Shown here: in pieces, positions 1-7,007 of the stretch
Layout: every line of letters begins with the position of its first letter
Position numbering within the stretch: the first letter of the stretch is position 1
Origin: a virus
Lineage: Duplodnaviria; Caudoviricetes
DNA: 64,000 nucleotides
Strand: one strand, 5' to 3'
Virus record (IMG/VR): IMGVR_UViG_3300017700_000931
Coordinates: 64,001 to 128,000 of that record
Notes under the pieces: model-generated
Told to the model about the DNA's origin: nothing
The model's database searches: none
Seen by the model: the letters and a program-made list of their open reading frames with translations, nothing else
Translations under genes and position numbers: made by a program

Positions 1-220
1 CTTCATGGGCACCTTTTCCCCATTTATACCATCCAAAAATGTTTGCAATGAAGAAAATTATCTGCAAAATTGCTTGTAAATAAATTTTTTCATTAAAATA
101 AATGACGAAAAAGAGAATTATTGCAACAATTCCGAAAAACCAACACCAAATATTTTGTTTTGCTGTCAAATAAACACAAATCAATGTGAAAATCATTGCA
201 GATATCTCCAAAAATTTCAT
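1..220 (-). CDS. pnuC: PnuC-family vitamin (nicotinamide riboside/thiamine) transporter, 5' part; runs off the window start
   Basis: Not in ORF track. ATG at 220 overlaps the TonB receptor stop. Translation MKFLEISAMIFTLICVYLTAKQNIWCWFFGIVAIILFFVIYFNEKIYLQAILQIIFFIANIFGWYKWG has the PnuC pattern (xNIWxW..G, Q...GWYxW). Confidence 0.85.
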   Translation of the reverse strand, partial: MKFLEISAMIFTLICVYLTAKQNIWCWFFGIVAIILFFVIYFNEKIYLQAILQIIFFIANIFGWYKWGKGAHE

Positions 221-2193
221 TATAAAGACATTTTGATTGTGATATAACCACTTAATGGTGCATTTACATAGAAATACCTAAGATTATCTACAACATACCC
301 ATTAGTATAGTACCGTACACTGGTAATATTGTTAACCCTACCACTAATAGTATAGTCTTTATAGGTATACCCTATACTACCCCCATATATGATAAAAGAG
401 GGGGTGGTGTAATTATTACTAAAATCTAAATACGAACTACTATGGTATTTGGCTGTAAAGGCTAAATTAAATGGTCCATACTTATAATTCAATTCAGCAT
501 TGCTAACTACCGGAGGTGTATACAATGGTTGGAATTTCATTCCATTATCGTTTATTCGATTATAAGATAGGTTCGTATTATTATTCAGGGTCAATCTACC
601 ATTTTCATTATCCAATAAAATAATTGATGTCTCGATTTCAATTCCACTTCTAAATGATTTATCAACATTCATCATTAATGGTAAACCGTTAGAGCCTAAA
701 GCACCTATCAGGGTTATTTCATTTTTGAAATCCATGAAGTATAGATTACTTTTAAATTTGAATCTTTCACTCAAATAACTAAAACCAACCTCATAATCCG
801 TAACCATTTCTGGATTTACTGCTGAATATGAAATTAGATTATCTTCGCCCATGAACATATCATTACGAGTAGGTTCTCGGTGAGATACTCCAACTGAAGC
901 ATATGCTCTAAAATGTCTACAATAATTAAATACTACACCAGCTTTAGGATTAAAGAATAACCAATTTAAGTCCGGCATGACTACATCACCATTATATTCA
1001 AATGTAACATATCTTAATTGGGCATCCCCGAACAATGTGTACTTTCCGATGTCATAACCACCTTTCATGAATCCACTCAATTCATTCTTAAAACCTTTAT
1101 TAGTGTATAACCTATTTTCAACGTGAGGTAAAAGAGCCATACCATGTTCTCTATTGTACATATTACCATGGATTCCAATATTAGCATTTAATTTATCACC
1201 AGAATATTTGTAGTTGGACATCAGGCCATAAAAATTAGAGGCTAATTGGTAATTCAAAACATCGGTACCAGCACCTAATGGATTTAAATCCAAATCCCAC
1301 TCACCATCAAGACGATTATAATAAATTGTTGTATTAATTAATGATTTATTACCCAATCTTTGAGTATGTTGTACTTGAATAAAATTTTGAATGAAATTAT
1401 CATCCTCAACTGGTGTGTTATAATTAGTTCTTGGGTCTGCATTAATATCCAATTCGGAAACTGCATTCCAAGACATTTGATTTAATGACCGACCAGTGAA
1501 TCCTGAAAATTTGATTACACTATTTTTTAAATGGTAACCACCGCTCATGAAGAACGAATAACCCTTACTTCCAGAATTATATTTGTAACCATCAGTATCA
1601 AATGTAGAAAAATTAGTATAGATTGCTAACCCTTTATCATTAATCCCAGTGCTGTGCGAAACATTAAATCGTTTTGTATTAAAAGAGCCATAACCTAATT
1701 CTACTTCGGTGAATTCTTTCACACCACTTGGACTCTCAAAATTGATTGAACCAGCATAAGAGGAAACACCATTCGTAGATGTTCCAACACCACGTTGAAT
1801 TTGCATTGATTGAATATTATTTGAAAATCCGGGGTAGTTAGAGAAATAAACACCTTGGTCTTCTGGTTCATTAAGGGGAACACCATTAAGTGTCATATTA
1901 ATTCTAGTTTGGTCAATCCCTCTAATTCTAAAATAAGTATAACCTTGTGGATGACCACCATCCGTTGATGATGTGATTGAAGGGGTTTTATCCAAAACTT
2001 GTGAAACTTCTTCACCTTGATATCCGGTTTTAATATCATCTCGACCAAGTGTTGTTTCAGTGACTGGAGTTTTGTTATCAGCTCTAACGCCAGTAACACT
2101 TACACCCTCAAGTGTAATCATCTTAGTTGTATCTTCCTGAGCATGAACAAAAACAAGACTCAACAGAGTAATACAAAATAATAATTGTTTCAT
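220..2193 (-). CDS. TonB-dependent outer-membrane receptor (thiamine/vitamin type)
   Basis: Signal peptide, plug motifs (IRGIDQTRINMTLNGVPLN, IQIQRG..S..G...AGSIN), beta-barrel pattern, C-terminal NNIT..RYY..GY; directly upstream of pnuC. Confidence 0.9.
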   Translation of the reverse strand: MKQLLFCITLLSLVFVHAQEDTTKMITLEGVSVTGVRADNKTPVTETTLGRDDIKTGYQGEEVSQVLDKTPSITSSTDGGHPQGYTYFRIRGIDQTRINMTLNGVPLNEPEDQGVYFSNYPGFSNNIQSMQIQRGVGTSTNGVSSYAGSINFESPSGVKEFTEVELGYGSFNTKRFNVSHSTGINDKGLAIYTNFSTFDTDGYKYNSGSKGYSFFMSGGYHLKNSVIKFSGFTGRSLNQMSWNAVSELDINADPRTNYNTPVEDDNFIQNFIQVQHTQRLGNKSLINTTIYYNRLDGEWDLDLNPLGAGTDVLNYQLASNFYGLMSNYKYSGDKLNANIGIHGNMYNREHGMALLPHVENRLYTNKGFKNELSGFMKGGYDIGKYTLFGDAQLRYVTFEYNGDVVMPDLNWLFFNPKAGVVFNYCRHFRAYASVGVSHREPTRNDMFMGEDNLISYSAVNPEMVTDYEVGFSYLSERFKFKSNLYFMDFKNEITLIGALGSNGLPLMMNVDKSFRSGIEIETSIILLDNENGRLTLNNNTNLSYNRINDNGMKFQPLYTPPVVSNAELNYKYGPFNLAFTAKYHSSSYLDFSNNYTTPSFIIYGGSIGYTYKDYTISGRVNNITSVRYYTNGYVVDNLRYFYVNAPLSGYITIKMSL

Positions 2194-2211
2194 AATGGTT
2201 TATTTAGTTGA

Positions 2212-2219
2212 CAAAGATA
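2212..2219 (-). promoter_or_regulatory. Bacteroidota-type sigma70 -7 element (TATCTTTG)
   Basis: TAnnTTTG about 20 nt upstream of the TonB ATG. The same motif is at 3729, 4987, 6734, 8356, 9469, 11252, 12323, 16270, 16905, 17649, 19130, 32808, 38085, 39520 (minus) and 12378, 23629 (plus). Confidence 0.8.
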
Positions 2220-2256
2220 ATAAATTTTTTTTGATTGACCAAATTTAATGAAAAAA

Positions 2257-2280
2257 AAATGGAACCCTAGGGTTCCATTT
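2257..2280. terminator. Intrinsic terminator hairpin
   Basis: Perfect palindrome AAATGGAACCCT/AGGGTTCCATTT flanked by an A tract, at the end of ORF 2284-2688. Confidence 0.7.
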
Positions 2281-2283
2281 GAT

Positions 2284-2688
2284 TTATTTCTTAGGTTCTA
2301 AACCAAGAAGGTGTATTACTATTTCACCAATTGTTTTTCCATCATTAAGGTCTTTATAAACCTTATCCATTCTTATTCGCATTTCTTTGAAATTAGGAAT
2401 AGATGTTGTTTTAACTTCTGATGAAAATAATTTATCAGATAAAACCTTTTTAGCATTATTCCCATGGTGTTCAACATAGTGATTGATATTACCTGAGAAT
2501 ACTGTTGTATCTTTACCATTAGATACAATACTAATAAAATAATCTTCACCATTTACATTATAGGTGAAAACCTTTTGAAAGTAATTGTTGTCAGTGATAA
2601 ATAAATGCTTAGCTGTTTGTTTAAGATAAGCAATAATATTTGATTTAATTTGTACCTTTTTTTCTTGTGCGTTTTCAATTGTTTCCAT
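2284..2688 (-). CDS. Hypothetical protein
   Basis: 134-aa ORF on the dominant coding strand; no recognised motif. Confidence 0.75.
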   Translation of the reverse strand: METIENAQEKKVQIKSNIIAYLKQTAKHLFITDNNYFQKVFTYNVNGEDYFISIVSNGKDTTVFSGNINHYVEHHGNNAKKVLSDKLFSSEVKTTSIPNFKEMRIRMDKVYKDLNDGKTIGEIVIHLLGLEPKK

Positions 2689-2770
2689 TTGTTTTGTTTT
2701 TTTAATTAAACTTTATTACTTTTGGGACAATCCGAACCATATTCGTTCATCCATTCTTACTCGAAGAATT

Positions 2771-2797
2771 TTAAGGTGGCTTTACTTTCTATTTCAT
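2771..2797 (-). other. Minigene ATG AAA TAG AAA GTA AAG CCA CCT TAA (MK*KVKPP*)
   Basis: Read directly from sequence, 20 nt downstream of tRNA-Cys with an A/T-rich leader (TATAAATT-ATG); translation is inferred only. Confidence 0.45.
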
Positions 2798-2817
2798 AAT
2801 TTATAACATTTATGTTG

Positions 2818-2888
2818 AGGTAGGGGGCAGAATCGAACTACCATATCACGACTTGCGGTCGTGCACTTAACCAATCAGTCACCCCACC
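2818..2888 (-). tRNA. tRNA-Cys(GCA)
   Basis: Acceptor GGTGGGG/CCCTACC, T-loop GTTCGATT, anticodon arm CACGA-CCGCAAG-TCGTG, discriminator U73 (Cys identity); CCA not encoded. Confidence 0.85.
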
Positions 2889-2893
2889 TTTTA

Positions 2894-3154
2894 TTACCAA
2901 ATATTGGCTATAATTTCAGTATTTATTATTTCAATTTTTAATTTGGCTCTAAATTTAATACTACCCTTGGTGTGTGGATTTTCTGGTGTTTCTTTAGTAG
3001 AGAATCCAACTCCGGGAGACACATCAATATGATTAACATAATGCGTCAGACCCATATGTTTAATCACCCACATTGGTATCGTATTATCTTCGAGATTTTT
3101 CTTATTAAAGTGAAAAATTATTTCTCGTCTTTTTGTGTCATCAATGATTAACAT
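2894..3154 (-). CDS. Hypothetical protein
   Basis: 86-aa ORF whose start overlaps the Pth2-like stop (coupled). Confidence 0.7.
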   Translation of the reverse strand: MLIIDDTKRREIIFHFNKKNLEDNTIPMWVIKHMGLTHYVNHIDVSPGVGFSTKETPENPHTKGSIKFRAKLKIEIINTEIIANIW

Positions 3155-3501
3155 GATAATACCCCTTTCCCCATTAATGGTAATGAACTAGTTAATTTAC
3201 GACTAGCCTCAGATGGGGCCAATGCAATTGCTGTTAATTCATTATTGATATCCGGTTCCCTAAATGGTGTTATCTTAATATAACGTTCAGCTGCTTTTAG
3301 AATGAATTGTTTTAACTCATCTTCATTAGCTACGGTTAGGAAAATTAAATAATTGGAATTTGTGTGCCAGTCTTTGGCCTCCGTTGGATGTCCATGTTGG
3401 AAATCGATTGCAGCATGAGCTGCTTGTACTGCTTGATAAGCAAGTGGTAAATCACGTCTAGTGATGACAATTAATTTGTTATTTTCAATCTAATTTTTCA
3501 T
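3148..3501 (-). CDS. Peptidyl-tRNA hydrolase PTH2-family protein with an in-frame TAG at codon 4
   Basis: Not in ORF track. MKN*IENNKLIVITRRDLPLAYQAVQAAHAAIDF...WHTNSNYLIFLTVANEDEL...FREPDINNELTAIALAP fits the PTH2 pattern (K.V.V.R.DL, Q.AHA, V..E.EL, T.LA..P). TAG at 3490-3492. Confidence 0.82.
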
Positions 3502-3522
3502 ACTTCTACTTTTTATTTTTAG

Positions 3523-3588
3523 TGCTCTTGGAGAGAATCGAACTCTCTGACACGGGTTTTAGAGGCCACCGTCACATCCTACAAGAAC
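3523..3588 (-). tRNA. Non-canonical 66-nt tRNA-like RNA with a putative CUA (amber) anticodon
   Basis: Acceptor GTTCTTG/CAAGAGC, perfect T arm GAGAG-TTCGATT-CTCTC, loop CTCTAAA; D arm reduced or absent and anticodon stem bulged. Confidence 0.65.
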
Positions 3589-3597
3589 AAATATGTT

Positions 3598-3720
3598 AGA
3601 CCTCTCACAATCCTTTACTCTTGGGTCTCAGGTCTTGCGGACCTGTGAGTTTATTTCTTTCGAAACAAAACGGCTACTGGGACAGGAATTTGGCATCACA
3701 GTAACTTGTACCTCTCTCAA
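3598..3720 (-). ncRNA. Structured leader RNA of the tRNA(CUA)-pth2 operon
   Basis: Follows promoter at 3729. Stems GTTACTG/CAGTAGC, a GAAA-tetraloop hairpin (3649-3671), CAGGTC-CGCAA-GACCTG, and CTCACA/TGTGAG crossing AGACC/GGTCT. Confidence 0.45.
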
Positions 3721-3776
3721 ACACATTACAAAGATAAGAACTTTATTTGAATTGTCCAAACATTTTTGCAATTATT

Positions 3777-4400
3777 TTAAAAAAAAGATAAAACTTTTTC
3801 TTGAGTCGCAATATCTACACTATCTAACATGTCTTCAATTTTATGTTTGACTGCCGGATTATTCTTTTTATAAATTGTTTCGTCTTTAATGTCTACCATC
3901 CATTTAACCCCATTGATTATTATGATTGGTTCATCTTTTACATTATGTGTTCTAGTTTTAGCTAATTGCTCAGCAAATTTATCAATATTTTTAATGGATA
4001 AATCAACATTTAACCTTTTTGCATTATACTCTGGGTTTTTGGTTTGATAATCCATAGCTAACATGAATGTATCGATTTTATTATCCCTAACAATTACCCA
4101 AAATTGATTACCAATAGAACCCTCAATTTTATAATATGGGTTACCCCTGAAAAGTTCAAAATATTGTGATTTGGGATTGGCTTTGAATTCACCTAAAAAT
4201 ATCACATATGATTTATTCTTGGGAAAATCAATATTTTCAATTTTTTTTAAGGTTGAAAAAATGGAACCCTTAATAGTATTGGGTAAGTCTTCGTCTGACA
4301 TCTTAGATATCCTATCCCCAACCCTATCAAGGGTATGAGCATCAACATCTGCTTCCGGCAACAAACTTTCTCTTAATATTTTTCTAATAAACCATTTCAT
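3777..4400 (-). CDS. Hypothetical late protein (N-terminal ILRESL motif)
   Basis: ORF track 3777-4418; ATG 4400 preferred because it follows the TATTTAT motif at 4406-4412. Confidence 0.75.
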   Translation of the reverse strand: MKWFIRKILRESLLPEADVDAHTLDRVGDRISKMSDEDLPNTIKGSIFSTLKKIENIDFPKNKSYVIFLGEFKANPKSQYFELFRGNPYYKIEGSIGNQFWVIVRDNKIDTFMLAMDYQTKNPEYNAKRLNVDLSIKNIDKFAEQLAKTRTHNVKDEPIIIINGVKWMVDIKDETIYKKNNPAVKHKIEDMLDSVDIATQEKVLSFF

Positions 4401-4420
4401 TGATAATAAATATATCAAAA

Positions 4421-4445
4421 AACCCTTAGCGACTAGCTAAGGGTT
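4421..4445. terminator. Hairpin terminator
   Basis: AACCCTTAGC-gacta-GCTAAGGGTT with adjacent A tract. Confidence 0.65.
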
Positions 4446-4469
4446 CTATCTTATTTATTAATTTTATGA

Positions 4470-4976
4470 TTACTTGACTAGTATTTCACCTAATCTTAAT
4501 ACTCTTTCTTTAAATTCTTCGTATGTCCCATTATTAGGTACAATGATATCAGCCATGCTGATATCGATATCGAATGAATCAGATGATTCTAGTGGTAATC
4601 TATCAGATGCATCGACCCAGATAATCAATTTAAATAAATTTTGTTTTTTACACTCCTTAATCTCTTCACCACTTCTCATACCAACATAACAATCAGCTTG
4701 TTTTAGAATACTCTTAGCTAATCTTGCTCTATCATCTTTATTGTAATCACAAATAAGATTATGCCATTCAGCTCTATGATTTACTCTATCTTCAAAACAC
4801 TCTTCTGGTGAGGTATAACCATATTGCTCCTTTAGTGTGTCATACAGAAATATTTCTGAAGCGGCAACTGAAGAAGATTTATATTTAAACCCATAATGTT
4901 CATTTAGAATTTCGGCAAATGTATCCTTTCCGTGTCTAGCGTGGCCCAATATTAAATATTTTTTATCCATTTTCAT
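4470..4976 (-). CDS. Deoxynucleoside monophosphate kinase-like P-loop protein
   Basis: GHARHGKDT P-loop after a hydrophobic strand, and a DIIVPNNGT tail. Start trimmed to after the promoter at 4987. Confidence 0.7.
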   Translation of the reverse strand: MKMDKKYLILGHARHGKDTFAEILNEHYGFKYKSSSVAASEIFLYDTLKEQYGYTSPEECFEDRVNHRAEWHNLICDYNKDDRARLAKSILKQADCYVGMRSGEEIKECKKQNLFKLIIWVDASDRLPLESSDSFDIDISMADIIVPNNGTYEEFKERVLRLGEILVK

Positions 4977-5027
4977 CAATTTTTTACAAAGATACGAGAA
5001 TTTATTTTCACTCACAAGTTTAAAACA

Positions 5028-5052
5028 GAAAAGGACCCATTGGGTCCTTTTC
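5028..5052. terminator. Hairpin terminator
   Basis: GAAAAGGACCCA-T-TGGGTCCTTTTC right after the RF1-like stop. Confidence 0.7.
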
Positions 5053-5054
5053 AA

Positions 5055-5733
5055 TTATTTTAAAAGCTGAATTTTTCCTCTTAGGATATCTTTCAATTTG
5101 GCAGTTTTATTAGTAATATGGTCAACTACGATATCATCCTTTACACGATATGTTCTACGTTTATCACCACGATTACCAACCCCAATCTGATTTCTACGTT
5201 CTTTAACCTCTTCTTGGTCATGTCCGGTTTTATAAAACGTATTAACACGTAGTGTTATTTCCTTAAAGGCTGCTTCTTTATTTTTATGTTGGTCTCGGCC
5301 ATCACGAACCACTCTGATACCTGTTGCATTATGTGTCATGATAACACACGAATCAGTAGTATTTTTATGTTGACCGCCACTTCCAGTTCCTCTAGTAAAT
5401 TCAATACGGACTTCATCGTGTCTGATTTCGACATCCTTATATTGTGGTTTATCTAAAATTGCTACTGTGATTGATGAAGTTTGAATACGACCCTTCTTTT
5501 CTGTTGGAGGGATACGTTGCCACCTATGGTTGCCTACTTCATTGTTAAATATTTTTTTTACACCAGACCCGCTAAAGGCATAGACAGACAAATCCTTCTC
5601 TGTCTTCAACTAACATTCAGTTAATGTTGTTAATCTTCGCTGTTTTGATGTAGATATCTCTCATATCTCCCACCAATAACTTAGCATCTTTGCCACCTTC
5701 GGCATCTCTGATTTCTAAATAAATCGTTTCCAT
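5055..5733 (-). CDS. prfA-like: RF1-like class I peptide release factor lacking domain 1; needs TGA readthrough (5617-5619) and a +1 frameshift at CTT TAG C (5577-5571); about 225 aa
   Basis: Frame 1 gives LEIRDAEGGKDAKLLVGDMRDIY (cf. RF1 LEVRAGTGGDEAALFAGDL). The +1 frame gives SGSGV...EVGNHRWQRIPPTEKKGRIQTSSITVA (PxT motif) and TGSGGQHKN (GGQ). Confidence 0.88.
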
Positions 5734-5765
5734 CGTTTCTTGGTTTTAGGAACTTGTTATAAAAA

Positions 5766-5789
5766 AAAATGGAACCGAAGTTCCATTTT
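5766..5789. terminator. Hairpin terminator closing the ncRNA/tRNA transcript
   Basis: AAAATGGAAC-cgaa-GTTCCATTTT with an A tract. Confidence 0.65.
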
Positions 5790-5856
5790 AATGTTTCAGA
5801 ATCGTTTTTTTTTCTTATCCATAGAAGTTTTTAACTGCTGTATCGATTCTTCTTGT

Positions 5857-6720
5857 GGGGATGTGAGGGCTTTCTCCTCAAACTACGTATTACACATAGC
5901 ATCCCCAGTTAAGTCGAGCCTTGTTCACAAATACATTCTGGTGGGAATGTATTTGAGTAGATGTGCTCACCCACCTCCTGACGAGGTCTGCATCGACTTA
6001 GTGGTTGTAATAGGACCTTCCCCTATAGAACACCATTAAAGATGTTTACAACCTTGTTTGAAAATGTGGGGGCTTTCTCCCCAAACCATACATCTCTAGT
6101 ATAGCATCTCCATTTGTAGCGGGGGGTGGAATTGAACCACCGACCTCAAGGTTATGAGCCTTGCGAGCTACCACTGCTCTACCCCGCAATATCTTGTTCT
6201 TCGTAATGGAGCTTCCACCATTAACCCAGCTCTTAAACTGGCGAAGAATTTTTACGCTGAAATTCAAACATTTCATTGTAATATCTGACAGGTTAGTTTT
6301 TTTAACGCTTTAGAATTTGAGTCTAATGTTTTAAATGTTTGCTGTATCTAACCATTTACGCTGTGGCCCGTCGAAGATTCAACTTCAATCTATATTGCTA
6401 TAGAACGGACCTTGTGTGGGGAAGAAGGGGCTCTAACCCTTTCTACCTTTCAGTGTGCTCAAATAATATTAGTTACCTAATGAGTACTTTCCTCGTTTAC
6501 ACTACTTCCCCGTATAATAATTTTGTCCAGAATGATGGTTTAAGCTTTTTTACATGTGCTTAGCACCATGGCAGTTATTCAATTCGGATTACCGTGGGGG
6601 AACCTATGTACTAAAACCCCTTTTCTTCTTAACTGTAGATTTGTTTTTGTTTTACGGTTTGCCGTAATCATTCTTCTGACAATTTTTTAATCTCAATAAA
6701 TAAAAGAACGCTTTCTTTGT
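5857..6720 (-). ncRNA. Large modular structured RNA with embedded tRNA-Met (GOLLD/ROOL-like architecture or new family)
   Basis: No credible ORF; GC-richer than flanks; eight or more closed helical domains joined by short A/C-rich linkers between promoter 6734 and terminator 5766. Confidence 0.7.
6117..6188 (-). tRNA. tRNA-Met(CAT), initiator-like
   Basis: TGCGGGG/CCCCGCT with a 1:72 mismatch, anticodon arm CAAGG-CTCATAA-CCTTG, T-loop GTTCAATT; only two G-C pairs next to the anticodon loop. Confidence 0.9.
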
Positions 6721-6797
6721 TTTAAATATAATACAAAGATACGAAAGTTATTTTAAATAGCAAGCTTTTTTTGAAATATTTTTAAAAAAAATTTATT

Positions 6798-7007
6798 TTA
6801 ATTCAAAAGTAGTTTATTTAAAACACACGCAAACCTATATGAATTAGGGCTTTCAGCCTTTAATATCGCTAATTCTCTTAATGTCCCCATTTCGATAAAT
6901 TTATAGTGCTCAATAATTTCCGGCTGAGTTTCTTGAATGATATTTCTATATCGAACATAAAATTTGTACCTATCAATTACCTCTCTAATCTTAAATGTTT
7001 TTTTCAT
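6798..7007 (-). CDS. Hypothetical protein
   Basis: 69-aa ORF coupled to the upstream gene. Confidence 0.6.
   Translation of the reverse strand: MKKTFKIREVIDRYKFYVRYRNIIQETQPEIIEHYKFIEMGTLRELAILKAESPNSYRFACVLNKLLLN

Noticed and set aside
2194-2260. TPP riboswitch upstream of the TonB/pnuC operon
   Set aside because: The short AT-rich gap holds only a promoter; there is no GCTGAGA or aptamer core.
3523-3588. Pyrrolysine system
   Set aside because: Only the loop resembles tRNA-Pyl; the discriminator is A and no pylS/B/C/D gene is in the window.
5055-5609. PrfH/RtcB or ArfB-type rescue factor starting at TTG 5609
   Set aside because: The PPT motif and domain-2 homology upstream in another frame indicate a split RF1-like gene; the track's first 12 residues are not RF-like, and no rtcB is adjacent.
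6483-6495. RNase P RNA (GAGGAAAGT)
   Set aside because: The motif continues AC rather than CC, and no matching 3' P4 strand is found.
5740-6563. ORFs 5740-6039, 6046-6276 and 6339-6563 as proteins
   Set aside because: They overlap tRNA or structured RNA, have atypical composition and mostly lie antisense; better explained as RNA.
6650-6670. c-di-GMP-I riboswitch (GGCAAACC)
   Set aside because: It forms a simple TTACGG-CAAA-CCGTAA hairpin; the GAAA arm and GACGCAAAG element are missing.
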